A stretch of 63,933 nt of DNA, counting the filler, from Basidiobolus ranarum (Eukaryota): NCBI GenBank assembly GCA_040143965.1. It is 4 parts of 4 records of this genome, joined end to end, with 100 filler letters (N's around TTAATTAATTAA, not from the genome) between each part and the next. Parts side by side here need not be neighbours in the genome. Positions count along the whole stretch, not along the records: positions 32,067 to 47,963 come from JASJQH010007238.1; positions 48,064 to 63,933 come from JASJQH010007239.1; 2 more parts are not named here. One strand, 5' to 3'. The first letter of the stretch is position 1. The number at the start of each line of letters is the position of its first letter. Positions 41,501 to 53,223 of the stretch are shown here, piece after piece. Position numbers and translations under genes: made by a program. The notes beneath the pieces are model-generated. The model worked only from the letters and a program-made list of their open reading frames with translations. It made no database searches and was not told the origin of the DNA.

Positions 41501-42220
41501 CAGGTATACTATCCATTGTGACTTTGGCCTTTCTACAACCAAGAATCTCATTCAAGGCAACCAGGGAAATCTTACTGGGGCCGTTCTTTTCAGTGTCGTG
41601 GGTGGGAAAATGAGTGAAGGTATAAACTTCTCTGATCGTCTTGGCCGGTAAGCTTTATGCTTCTATCGATGAACATTCTCCTCTTTTTTGCAAATATAAA
41701 TATGAGATTCCTTCCAATAGGGGCATTATCATGGTTGGTCTGCCGTTTGCTAATCTTGCTTCTCCGGAACTCACAGAAAAGATAAAGTTCATTGAATCTA
41801 ACGATAGCTCGGAAAAGAACACTGTAGGTTTATGAGAGGTTTCTTACATCATCTCCCTTCTTTGCTAACGCTTTTTGGCTCACTTAGGACACCGGAAAAG
41901 GCAAGGCGTACTACGAAAATTTATGCATGAGAGCTGTAAATCAATCTATAGGTACTCAAAACACACCGCTCTATACGATATATGTTACTCATCGTTAAAT
42001 TGTTTATCAAAACTATTCAGGTCGGGCCATTCGACATAAAGATGACTATGCAGTAATTCTACTGGTTGATCGACGATTTTCTACTGAACGAATCCAACAA
42101 AAGCTGCCAACGTGGATCGGTAAAAGCTTGGTGAATTGTCCCAAATTTGGAATGAACATTGGCAAAGTAGCCAACTTCTTTAGAACTCTTCGAGCGAAAG
42201 AAACAATGATTCAGGAATAA
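38598..42220 (+). CDS. CHL1: Fe-S DNA helicase Chl1/DDX11, many exons
   Basis: [74 protein letters not shown] and [13 protein letters not shown], ending in TAA at 42218-42220. Confidence 0.95.
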
Positions 42221-42454
42221 AGTTGCAAATGTTATGCAGAGCTAGGCATATGTAGATGTGGGTGTGGGCGTGGATCAATTTGAATACTCTTAAACTCTCA
42301 CAATCACAATTGATGGAGTAATTGCTTCATCCTAAACTGCTTTGTATCCACTTGTCCAATATCATAGCGAGATATATAGTCCTTCAATAAAGATTAGCCT
42401 GAAGTTGTTTTGGATACACCTCAATGTTCTCGTTCTGGTCGGTACATGAGTTCC

Positions 42455-42499
42455 GGTATAGCGTGAAGGTATAGCGTGAAATCAGTGAAATTAGTGAAA
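42455..42499 (+). repeat. Short tandem repeat (GGTATAGCGTGAA x2, then two GTGAAA-containing units)
   Basis: Directly visible in the sequence between CHL1 and the 7TM gene. Confidence 0.6.
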
Positions 42500-42940
42500 T
42501 CATTGGTGAGCAACAATGCAGTTACTGCTTTTTATTAGTCATGCAGGCAAATGCACTCAAAGAGAAAACACACACACGACTGACCATTTCATTCTCAGCA
42601 TACACTCTATGACGAAGATTCCACGACATAATAAGCGGAGCATAATTTTGGCTTTATTATCAATACTCAACAATCACCTCTATGCAGCGTAGTAACTGAC
42701 CGATCAGTCGGCCATTTCTTCCTAGCTTATATAAGGAGCGGGAAAGAAATGATGAGTAGATCGCTCATTTAGTCAAGACATCTGCAAGGTTCTACTACGA
42801 ATTGTATTGAGTTCATATAGTGGGAAAACCTGGTCAATTTGACTCATTCCCCTCTCCCTATCCAAACCTCTCAGTAACTGCTAATCTAATTCTTACCTTA
42901 AAGTTGGACATAAACGTAACTCTAAACCCACTTCTATACA

Positions 42941-44266
42941 ATGACCCCTCTGCTAGAGATTCGTGAGGAACTAAATGTCACCACAGTGACCTCCATTGTT
43001 TTTAATAGTCTGTCAGTAGCTTCCTCCCTAGCGGTAATATTCACAATTCTGACCATTTATTCTTATCGCAAGAGTCTTGCTGATAGAGTATCCTTTCGGC
43101 TAGCATTGTGGATTGCGCTAGTTAATGGCTTATTCAATGCCATTCAATTGCTACTTCAAACTCCACTAATTGAATCCAATTCGATGTGTTCCTTGTTTTT
43201 TTGGGGCTCGTTGACTACTTCATTACTTTCGTTATTCTTCACCGTCGCTATAGCTGTGAATTTACAAATTATTTTGCTTCATAATCAACCATTGACCAAG
43301 TCTTACGAGATCTATTATGCCATCTTCGCTACATTCCTTGCCTTACTTATCACCACACCCTCCTATATAATGGGTTCTCTCGGACGTCAACCGGATAGTA
43401 CATGCGGTTTCGCTGCAGAAAATTGGTGGCAAATTACTCTGCTTCCCTGGTTTAGTCACCTATTGTGGATACTTCTGGGCACACTTTATTGTGTCATTGT
43501 AACCATTATTGTATCTGTATACCTCTTCGTTGCAGCCACTCGTCCGGTACCAGGTGCTAATAATTCCCGTCTGACTTCCAAGAAGGTTCAGCGAGCTGTT
43601 CGTCGAATTTTACTATATCTTATTTTACCATCTTTAGGACAATTTCTAGTACTTCTTTCTTGGATCTTCCTTCGGTTAGCTCATTTAAATTCCACTTGGT
43701 ATGTGATAGGGCGAATGCTATCCATCATCGGATCTGGAGGTCAAGGGATGTTGACCGCCATCGCATTTATTTTTGATCCAGTTCTAGAAGCAGCCACTTC
43801 AGTCATTAGCAAAGATATCATCGAGCGAGCTTATCCAAATGCCATTTCGCCTAGAAATATGGGGAAACCTGTATTATCATCGAACTATAATGACAAGAAT
43901 CAGCCCACTCCGTTCCTCCTAACATTACGATGGTTTGTACGTAAGTTTCTCGTATATCCCGGCGGTCGAATGGAAGCACACATCTGTGAAACATTATTTG
44001 CTCATAGCAGTAATTCTGATCTTGAACACGAAGCAACTACTCCGGGTGGAGTTGAGAACCCTGGCTCATTTACAGCTCTACCGGGTCCACCAAAATTAAT
44101 CATTCCCAAACCTGAACGTGTTAGTGCTGGAGGCCTTCGTAGTGGTAGAGTAGATGGTGTCTATATCACAACCAACTTCCTGACTGCTAGTTGGGCGGAG
44201 ACATCGGTAGATATAGCAAACACGCCTGCCCGAGAGCCCTTAACTCCAGTGGTTCCTTGGATATAG
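42941..44266 (+). CDS. 7-TM G-protein-coupled receptor-like protein (cAMP-receptor/Git3-like)
   Basis: 441-aa intronless ORF with about 7 hydrophobic segments. DRVSFRL follows TM1, there are Cys residues at the TM3 start and in ECL2, RRILLY precedes TM6 and QGMLTAIAF lies in TM7. Confidence 0.78.
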   Translation: MTPLLEIREELNVTTVTSIVFNSLSVASSLAVIFTILTIYSYRKSLADRVSFRLALWIALVNGLFNAIQLLLQTPLIESNSMCSLFFWGSLTTSLLSLFFTVAIAVNLQIILLHNQPLTKSYEIYYAIFATFLALLITTPSYIMGSLGRQPDSTCGFAAENWWQITLLPWFSHLLWILLGTLYCVIVTIIVSVYLFVAATRPVPGANNSRLTSKKVQRAVRRILLYLILPSLGQFLVLLSWIFLRLAHLNSTWYVIGRMLSIIGSGGQGMLTAIAFIFDPVLEAATSVISKDIIERAYPNAISPRNMGKPVLSSNYNDKNQPTPFLLTLRWFVRKFLVYPGGRMEAHICETLFAHSSNSDLEHEATTPGGVENPGSFTALPGPPKLIIPKPERVSAGGLRSGRVDGVYITTNFLTASWAETSVDIANTPAREPLTPVVPWI

Positions 44267-44785
44267 AGCTAGTCATAACTGTCTAATGGTTTGTTCATTG
44301 AGTAGGTTCGATTAAATTAATCCCAAACTTTTGCATTCCAATTGTATATTTACTAGATATCCTAATTTGATCATAATTAAAATTCATAAGATATATATAT
44401 ATACATGATAATCATACTTTTCCAATTTAAGAAATTATCTTCTAAGCTACTAACTTCAAAAAGAAGAACAATACTGGTTTTTGGCTAGTTTAGATATATT
44501 CTAGAGCTTGCGAGATTTTAGCTAATTTTTCGACATGATCACGAATTGCAGTTAAGGTTACACTTTCTTGACTCCATGAGTAGAAGCAACCATGTGTGGT
44601 TAGTTCCTGGGTGCTACTGAAATTGGACCTTACAAGAATCAACAAGACTGATGTGATTCAGTGCCCAAATGATGAAAACTGCACTTGACGCTTGGGAAAA
44701 ATGACACAATCTCTCTGGTACTTCTAATTGAACTTACAGTATAAAGCAGCCTTGACATCCCACCGATATCTCATTATCATTCATC

Positions 44786-46426
44786 ATGGTAAAAGCACAA
44801 AGTCTACTCTCTTTCTTAGCTGCCACCGCTCTTTTTGGTCAGTCCAGTGCCAAGAATGACAAGCCAAACTTTTTGGTCTTCTTAATGGATGATCAAGATT
44901 TAAAGATGGACTCATTGCATTACATGCCGCGTGTTCAGAAGTACATCACAAGCCAAGGAACTACCTTCAGTCACCATTACATTTCTACTGCTATATGCTG
45001 CCCCTCCAGAGTCTCTTTCTGGACTGGACAATTCCCTCACAATCACAATGTTACTGATGAATCGCCACCCCATGGAGGATATCCTAAATTTTTATCTCGA
45101 CAACTAGATAGCAATTACTTGCCATTTTGGTTGGACAAAGGTGGATATTCCAACTACTATGTGGGCAAGTTTATCAATGGAGTTGACGCGAAAAATCCTG
45201 GACCACCCAAGGGATGGACCCACTTCGAACCTCTCGTCGCTCCTTGGATCTATGAATACTTGAATCCTACCTTTTCCCTCAATGGTGCACCATTTGAGAC
45301 CCACGATGGTGAATACCAAACTGATGTGATTCTTAACAAGACCTTGGGTATCTTGGATAAGTTGAAGACAAGTGCTAAACCATTCTTGTTCACTGTATCT
45401 CCCGTGGCTCCCCATGATACAGTTACCGTTAAGCCTGACTCTACAGGATTCCCAGAGTTCTATCCACCAGTCCCAGCTAAGCGTCATGAACATCTATTCA
45501 AAACTCTGAAAGTCCCTCGTAAACCCAATTTTAATCCTAAAGTTCAGGATAAGCCTTCATGGTTAAAGACTCTACCACGTTTGAATCAAACTAGAATTGA
45601 TGATCTTGATGAACACTATAGACTACGTATTAGATCACTACAGGCTGTGGATGAGTTGGTGGAGACAGTAATCAAAAAGCTCGAAAAGAATGGCCAATTA
45701 GACAACACCTATATCATTTACACTACCGACAATGGTTACCATTTGGGTCAGCATCGTCTTGGTGCGGGTAAGGGAACTCCGTATGAGGAGGATGTCAACA
45801 TTCCGTTTATCATCCGCGGACCTGGTGTTGCTAAAGGCAAGATTAGTAAAGCATTTACTACGCACACACACATCCCAGCAACCATATTGGATCTGGCAGG
45901 ATTAGAAATCCCAGGGCATTTGGATGCCTCTCCTATGCCAGTCTTAAATAGACCACATACCAAATATGAACCTACTGAGGCATTCAATGTAGAGTTTTGG
46001 TCTAATTCCTTCTTCGAGGATACTTGGGAACGTTTCACCAATAATTCCTATAAAGCGGTCAGGATTATTGGTGAAGGATACAACTATTATTTCTCCACTT
46101 GGTGTACGGGTGAACATGAGTTATATGATATTCAAACTGATCCTTATCAACTCGATAATATTTACCCCCAGGCTATTAAGAGAAACCACAAGTTGATTGA
46201 ACGTCTAAACGGTCTCTTGAATGTTCTTAGAGATTGCGTAGGAGAAACATGCCGTCACCCTTGGAGAGTGCTTCACCCTGATGGCTCAGTTAAAAACTTA
46301 CAACAAGCCTTGAAAAAGAGGCATGATACATATTATGCACAGTTACCTGTCTTTAAGTTCGCTACCTGCAAAATTTTCAATGATCGTAGCAACGAATTAT
46401 TAGTAAAAGGAAATGATTCACTTTAG
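44786..46426 (+). CDS. Secreted arylsulfatase (GlcNAc-6-sulfatase/ARS-1-like family)
   Basis: Signal peptide, PNFLVFLMDDQD, the formylglycine motif CCPSR, YVGKFING, TTDNGYHLGQH and PYEEDVNIPFIIRGPG. Confidence 0.94.
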   Translation: MVKAQSLLSFLAATALFGQSSAKNDKPNFLVFLMDDQDLKMDSLHYMPRVQKYITSQGTTFSHHYISTAICCPSRVSFWTGQFPHNHNVTDESPPHGGYPKFLSRQLDSNYLPFWLDKGGYSNYYVGKFINGVDAKNPGPPKGWTHFEPLVAPWIYEYLNPTFSLNGAPFETHDGEYQTDVILNKTLGILDKLKTSAKPFLFTVSPVAPHDTVTVKPDSTGFPEFYPPVPAKRHEHLFKTLKVPRKPNFNPKVQDKPSWLKTLPRLNQTRIDDLDEHYRLRIRSLQAVDELVETVIKKLEKNGQLDNTYIIYTTDNGYHLGQHRLGAGKGTPYEEDVNIPFIIRGPGVAKGKISKAFTTHTHIPATILDLAGLEIPGHLDASPMPVLNRPHTKYEPTEAFNVEFWSNSFFEDTWERFTNNSYKAVRIIGEGYNYYFSTWCTGEHELYDIQTDPYQLDNIYPQAIKRNHKLIERLNGLLNVLRDCVGETCRHPWRVLHPDGSVKNLQQALKKRHDTYYAQLPVFKFATCKIFNDRSNELLVKGNDSL

Positions 46427-46476
46427 TCATGGATATTATGATTTAATTCACATAGAACCACTAAATTTATTAAACT

Positions 46477-46971
46477 TCAATCATCCCCAGTCAACTTCAT
46501 GATAACATATTTACATCTCATTGCCAGACTTCGATGATATATCGCTTCTTCTATAGATATTTTGCGCTGTTGAAGTATAAACTGTCGTCTGGGTGACTTG
46601 AGTGCCCATTTAACGAATTTGCTACTGAGAAAGGAATCTCTCAATGAACATCTTCTATGGGCAGCTGTCCTAGAATGATATTTAATTTTAGATTGGTTTG
46701 GGTGTGATAACGTTAGTTGGCGTTGTTGTGGTTGGGATACGTGCTTAGCCATATTCAGGTCCAATATATTACGGGAGTGATGAACGCTCGCATAACCGAT
46801 AATATAATCCTCAGGAACGGAATCATACATGCTCACCCTCCACCTGGTTCGACCTCTTCCGGGATAGCTCTTATCTTGTCCGGATAAGTACTGGTGTTGA
46901 CTGAAATCCACAGTATACCGTTTGCATATGTCTGAAGTTTGCAAGGAATAGCGACGATTATTTTGATTCAT
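46477..46971 (-). CDS. Hypothetical protein (164 aa)
   Basis: ATG-initiated ORF not overlapping other genes. No recognised motif. Confidence 0.3.
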   Translation of the reverse strand: MNQNNRRYSLQTSDICKRYTVDFSQHQYLSGQDKSYPGRGRTRWRVSMYDSVPEDYIIGYASVHHSRNILDLNMAKHVSQPQQRQLTLSHPNQSKIKYHSRTAAHRRCSLRDSFLSSKFVKWALKSPRRQFILQQRKISIEEAIYHRSLAMRCKYVIMKLTGDD

Positions 46972-47211
46972 GGTTGGTGCAAAATCTTGTCACACATCAG
47001 TATTTTATAGGTGAAAGTGACGTGATATTTCTACGTGTGGGTCTGATTCTTGTAGATCCTATTGTTTTCCTCCTTTGAACATGATATATTGTTTGTGCCC
47101 TTTTTCTGTGTAAACCCTTAATGAACGCAACAATGAAGGCTAGTCAGTGTTGCTTCAATTATTGTTAACCCTAACCCTAAACCGTTGTCACTATACTTTA
47201 TTTAATATATT

Positions 47212-47963
47212 TTACATAGATAATGGCCCCTCTGTCTTAACCCGTGGTTTACGAGGTTTTCTTTTGGATCGCATACGAACATATGGGACATCGCTGTCAG
47301 TAGAACAGAGTGATTGTGGAAGATCTGTCAATTTGATCCTGGCTGGATTTTTCGGCGATAATGAGGCAAGGGTATCTTGTAATATGGTTTGTGTTCTCTG
47401 GTCCGAATCGGTTGGTATCCCCTCATCCATGTACAACTCTGAATCATCAGAATCACTGACCAGCTGGTTTAAACTCACTAATTGCTCAAGTGAAAGATAC
47501 TCGGTGAATTCATTGTCATCGGAAAGTTCGTAGTCACTTCCCACTTTCGGTAACAGTTGATCAATATCTGATTTTGACTGAGATACACTTGAACCATGCA
47601 TATCATCTTCGGATGAACAAGAATAATCTTTCCACTCGTTAGACTGCTCTAGAGAGATAGACTTGGCTGGAACATTCTCAAACTCAGTATCTGGCTCTGT
47701 TTCTTCGTCAGTTTCTGTGTCGTCATCGCTACTATCAGTAGAACTAGCCGCCAACATTTCTTCATCATCTGGCTCCGAACTCGAACCCGAATCCGCATGA
47801 TTAGATTTTATTTGCATATCTAATGTGGGAACATTTAGAGGGACATCCTCAGAGTCTAGATTTGATGATTTAAAAACCATGTGATTAGCATTCGCTGTAT
47901 GGTTCAGCTCCCCCAGATCGTCTATGGAAACGAAATGAACTGGGATTTCATCATGTTCACTGG
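47212..47963 (-). CDS. Acidic, low-complexity protein, 3' part cut by contig end
   Basis: D/E/S-rich 222-aa ORF with a basic C-terminal patch (RSKRKPRKPR). The frame is open to the contig end. Confidence 0.55.
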
Positions 47964-48063
47964 NNNNNNNNNNNNNNNNNNNNNNNNNNNNNNNNNNNNN
48001 NNNNNNNTTAATTAATTAANNNNNNNNNNNNNNNNNNNNNNNNNNNNNNNNNNNNNNNNNNNN
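47964..48063. other. Artificial contig linker
   Basis: 100-nt N run with TTAATTAATTAA at 48008-48019. Confidence 0.97.
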
Positions 48064-48192
48064 GGTTAATGATTTAGAAGAGACGGAGGTAGAGAAGGAG
48101 TTGGCGACATCGTTAGCACCAATGCCGTATGCGTCGAGGAACGCAAAGACAATGCAAACAACAAATATCCAAGTGAAGTCGTGTGGTAACAT
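48064..48192 (-). CDS. PHO89: PiT-family Na+/phosphate symporter, second tandem copy (first 43 codons, cut by contig end)
   Basis: MLPHDFTWIFVVCIVFAFLDAYGIGANDVANSFSTSVSSKSLT, protein-identical to 50536-50664. Confidence 0.88.
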
Positions 48193-49140
48193 TTTGATTT
48201 GAAATTACTTGTAATGATAATAAACAGTATCAGATATAGCTCATCTTTTATACAAGTGATTACATGTTACTCTCGAATACCATTGATATGTTCGTGACTC
48301 TATAGCTTCAATCCAAAAACACGTCAAGCTATTCTAGAAAACCATTGGCTCTGTATGGTTACTATTGGAAATTTTTAAGGAAGATGAGTGAAATCCACTC
48401 ATCCAACTTAAGGCAATTCTGGTACATGAATTCTGTGTATATAAATCTAGTATTACCATTATCATCCGTATATCATACAAAAAAAGCTATTTGTACATTA
48501 ACCTCTACCCAAACAGATATCTCTCCGGATTGGGTTGGGGTTTTTCTCAAAATAGGGATTTTTCTGTGTGAGTAATTCAAAAAGGAACCACGAGCTCATT
48601 TGTTGAATACTTATTGGACTGGTAACCTATTTAGGTTAGAAGAGGGGATTATAGTTAGGGTTAGCATGTCACACAAGTCACACCTATTCTCTCCAATCAT
48701 TGCATGATCATTCAAACGGTTGGCAAGAGTATTATTATTATTTCTTAATAGCACAATAGGTCTACACAATACAGACTTGAATTTCTTATTCTTTCCCATT
48801 TCTCCCATCATCTAATAATAAATATCACAAACCAGAATGACTGCAGTATTATCAACATAGCAATCACCAGGTATGTTTCCAATCATTAAGTAAGCATCGG
48901 AGTCTTCGTGATATTTAACGAAATGGTCTCAAGTGTATGTATCAAGAGTTGTATAATGAAATACTCTGTAGTATGTATCAAGAATTGTAGATTCTATTTA
49001 TTGGCTACTGTATAGAACAACAATGGGTAAAATGAAAAAGTGTAGGGAATTACGGTTTCTGTATATCAATTTGTGCGAGAAAGTTACATGGTGGAGAAAT
49101 TATGTACTAAAATGTTCCTTTCTAGTTTGAGTTTTTGCGA

Positions 49141-50664
49141 TCAAAGTATAAGTTTAGGAGCATAAGCAGCAAAGGAGAAAAGAAGACCAGCGACAAGGCC
49201 AGCAAATGGCAAGGTCAAGATCCAAGAAAGGAAACACCATGCAATAAGGCGCCAGTTAAGTGAGCTAGTTGTACCGTTGCAGAGACCAACGGCTGCGGTG
49301 GCTCCAGTGATACAATGGGTTGTGGAGACTGGAAGACCAATCTTTGAGGCAGTCAATACAGTCAAGGAACTTCCTAACTCCATGCTAAATCCACGAGTGG
49401 GAGAGTGGTAGGTGATCTTGTTGCCAAGGGTACGCATAATGTTGTATCCATAGGTGACCAAACCAATATCAATGGCCACACCACCCATGGCCAACACCCA
49501 CAAAGGAACAGGTGTCTTTCCACTGATATCGACTACAGCAGTGCTCCATACATGGTACACAGTTGACAAGGGACCAACAGCATTGGCAACATCATTGGAA
49601 CCATGAGCAAAGGAAGCCATGGAAGCAGTGACTACCTGAAGGAAACTGTACATGTATTCGGTATCATCATCGTATCTGACAGCAGCATCATGGATCTTCT
49701 GAAGTCTCTCACCTTTACAGTTGACTACATCCTTACGAATACCGTGGAGCACAACAGCCTTGATGCGCTCTATAATGCTCTTTGGTGTAGCATCTCCTTC
49801 TTCAGCCACCTCGTGATCAACCCCCTTCTCACCCTTACCATCCTCCTCAGAAATGACTGGTACGATAGGACGAGGAGCGAGGAAAGGAATGACAAAGATG
49901 TGATACCAGTGAAGATCCTCTCTCTTTTGAAGTTTACGGATCAACCATGGGCGGATGAAGAACCAACAGAACAACATGACAGCAACAGTGATTCCTACAG
50001 TGGATCCCCAAATGGCTGCTGGGGAGGCTGATGCAAGGTTGAGTCCTGGTGATCCCTTGTAGATGATGTAGAAGGCATTGATGAAAGCAGTGAACCCAAA
50101 GTAGATTGGAATGGCAATAAGGCCACGCTCGAAGGAATTAGGGTGCTTGAGTACACCATACTTGGTGATCAGGTAGATGATACTAGAGACAATGCCTGCA
50201 CAAACAGGTGAGATGAACCAAGATGTGATGATCTTTGCGACTCCGTTGTAGCTCCAGTCAACCGAGTTGGGTCCGAAAGCAGCAATACCAACACCGATGA
50301 TAGCACCGACGATGGAGTGAGTGGTGGATACTGGCCAGCCATTTCTCGTGGCGAAAAGTACCCAGGTGGAGGAGCCGACAAGTGCGCAGGTCATGGCAAG
50401 CATGAGAAGCTCTGGTTGATTCTCAAAGTTCTTGATGGAGATGATCTTTCCTTTGATGGTTTCAGCAGTTCCCGAGCCCATTAAGAACGCACCCAAGAAC
50501 TCAGTGAAGATGGCGATACAGCAAGCTTGACCAAGGGTTAATGATTTAGAAGAGACGGAGGTAGAGAAGGAGTTGGCGACATCGTTAGCACCAATGCCGT
50601 ATGCGTCGAGGAACGCAAAGACAATGCAAACAACGAATATCCAAGTAAAATCGTGAGGCAACAT
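49141..50664 (-). CDS. PHO89: PiT-family Na+/phosphate symporter
   Basis: 507 aa with the PiT signatures GIGANDVANSF and HGSNDVANAVGP, plus PVSTTHS and PVSTTHC. Confidence 0.95.
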   Translation of the reverse strand: MLPHDFTWIFVVCIVFAFLDAYGIGANDVANSFSTSVSSKSLTLGQACCIAIFTEFLGAFLMGSGTAETIKGKIISIKNFENQPELLMLAMTCALVGSSTWVLFATRNGWPVSTTHSIVGAIIGVGIAAFGPNSVDWSYNGVAKIITSWFISPVCAGIVSSIIYLITKYGVLKHPNSFERGLIAIPIYFGFTAFINAFYIIYKGSPGLNLASASPAAIWGSTVGITVAVMLFCWFFIRPWLIRKLQKREDLHWYHIFVIPFLAPRPIVPVISEEDGKGEKGVDHEVAEEGDATPKSIIERIKAVVLHGIRKDVVNCKGERLQKIHDAAVRYDDDTEYMYSFLQVVTASMASFAHGSNDVANAVGPLSTVYHVWSTAVVDISGKTPVPLWVLAMGGVAIDIGLVTYGYNIMRTLGNKITYHSPTRGFSMELGSSLTVLTASKIGLPVSTTHCITGATAAVGLCNGTTSSLNWRLIAWCFLSWILTLPFAGLVAGLLFSFAAYAPKLIL

Positions 50665-51607
50665 TTGTTAGATTAGGTAGTCACAAAGAATTAGATGTTT
50701 AGGATTTATTTTTCCTGGCTTAGTCTGAATTCATCACTCTAGTTATATACGCATCAAACTTGAGGCACTAATATGGTATATCTTGTATGGTTAAATCACT
50801 TCCAGCCGGTATTGAAATTGGTGTAATAAGATATTATCTGTTTCCATGGTTCTGAGCACTTTATTCAAGCATGCATCTTCTTCCAGTTCAACAATTGGTT
50901 ATACTTGTAGTCACCTCGAATGAATGTTTTACAAATTTCTCAAACTTTTAAACAATAAAAATGCACCTTTTGTAACTCCATTCATTTCATAGCCACGCTC
51001 TAGGATATAATATTCAATGTAATATCCAATGGTACTCATCGAGCCTTACACAAGTTACTCGTTTGATATGACACAAGAATACTATCTTTAAAGTCGTTAA
51101 GCTTACTCAATACTAGCAATCTGACTCACTTGTTTGACTTTTCCCTATCGAAAATCTGCTTCTAAGCACCATGTGGAGTAAAGATTTCAATTTATTGGTT
51201 GTCCATACTTTGCCTACGCAGCTGACCCCATTTGGATTTCATGATTTTATCAAGATTACTCGGTAAGAGTAGTACTTTGACTTTATTGAAACTTCGCGGA
51301 TGTGAATATAAAAATCATATGAAACTGAAATGATCCCATTCAATTATTCCCACTTTTAGGCAAATGCTGTTACCGAATTTTTGATAAAAATCTTATATGA
51401 TCAAACCATCTATTTCGAAGTTAAACTAGAAAAGAAACCGGTCTAAATAGTTGATTAGTTTAACCCAAAATATAAGTGTGATTACTACTAAAAAAAAAAG
51501 AAAATTTCCAATTATTGTAACGACGTGTCAACACGATTGTTGGGCCAAGGGTGTTAACATTTGTAGGTTCACCAATTCTTCAATTCCATTCCAAATAGCA
51601 ACTTTTA

Positions 51608-52659
51608 ATGTCTCGCGGAGGTCGTGGTAGAGGAAGAGGGGGAGGAGGTACTGGAAGGGCTGGTCCACCAATGAGTGGACTTCAAAGTGAAGTTCAGGGT
51701 CTAGTTTTTTTTCCAGCTGAACCTTTGGAGATATTTCCCGTACGTTTTGTAGTTTTCATAGCTTTATGAAAAAGTGGATTCTTCATACCTGCTCTTCAAT
51801 CGGAAAACTTAATGAGATATTTTTAACATTCCCTTGTTTTTTAGGAGATTGACCTTCCAATCCCAAAGTCAATTACCTACGAGGAAAGAGAATCTTTAAA
51901 ACATCTCAGAGAGTACAAAAAAACTCTGAAAGAAAGTCCTTTTTATTTGGAACTTCCACCCCCACCAAAAGGTAGAAGATGGCTTTAAAACGTAACCAGT
52001 TAGATATGAGATATTTAAAATCTTCTTCAGATATTGAAAGATATTCCGATCGTTATCAACGTCACAATAGCTCTAAAGAACATCTAAGCAGTGTAATTAC
52101 TGGTAATATACTTGTTGTGTTGTACCGTCTTTCTCTTTAAAACTTACTCAATGCCTCTATTAGATCTCAGCTTCTTCCCGGAAGAATTACATGTTGCCTT
52201 TGATAAAACTAAAACAGCCAAAAGTAGATTCTATTCGATTACTTTAAAATCTTGTCATCACTTTGTTAACCCTATTTTAACTTTTTTAGAACGGAAGACG
52301 GTTAACTTTAATATGGACCTGGAGACTTTGAATAGTTTAGAGAAAGAGGAGCAAGATGATGGAAAGGTAAAAGTCTACTATCTACATTGGTTCATTCATG
52401 CCGAGTTCTGATAATCTCATAACATAATAGAAAGCTGACGATGAGGAAGCCGCTGAAGGAGAAGATAACGAAGAGATTAATGACGAGGAAGAGGATTTCG
52501 AAGAAGAAACTGATTATGTGGATTCCTACTTCGATAATGGTGAAGGAGATGAATATGAGGATGACGATGGTAACCTTTCATTAGTCTACTACATTATACC
52601 ATTTGCATTCCACTAAATACATTCAAACGCTCGTTATAGATAGTGGAGCTGTATTTTAA
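51608..52659 (+). CDS. RPC31: RNA polymerase III subunit C31 (RPC7), multi-exon
   Basis: MSRGGRGRGRGG, SPFYL, DIERYSDRY, FFPEEL and the acidic tail DYVDSYFDNGEGDEYEDD, ending in TAA at 52657-52659. Confidence 0.9.
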
Positions 52660-53223
52660 GTTTAAAATGTTTACAACGCGTTGCCTTATCGGAATTATGT
52701 CTTCATGTAAGAACAACTAGCTTTCATTTTTATTCAAGTAGACATGTATATTAGTCATAGGCATTCTTTTCTCCTCACAGCCAATTCTGCGTGAGATACA
52801 TGTTGGGAATGGCAAAATTCCAATTTACCGAAAGAAACAGTAGCCATAGAAAATAAAGTTTTAGACATATCACTGATTATGTAATAGACAAATGCCATCG
52901 CTTATATAATCGACACTTATTTACATATAGATCAATCCCAAGCGCCATTGCCAGGAAAAGCCGTAAATGGAAAAATTGAGCATGCATAATGCTACCGAAT
53001 CCAATTGTGGTCGGAAAATAGATTGTTGGATATAACACCTGACTCAACATTAGAAATGCAACAGTCAAGTACAAGAGTATGAAGCAACGTCTGCATTGAG
53101 TTGAAACAAATCATTTTGTTATTTTCCGAATGGAATTGATTAGCCCTGCCTAAGCTCGCTGCTTATCCGCTTTATAAAGTGTACATCCGTGGTACATCTT
53201 ACCCAACTCCCATCAACTCCAAC

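Noticed and set aside
47166-47182. Telomere-like TAACCC units (similar short runs near 48655 and 58365)
   Set aside because: Only 2-3 imperfect units at internal positions, compatible with chance or simple repeats.
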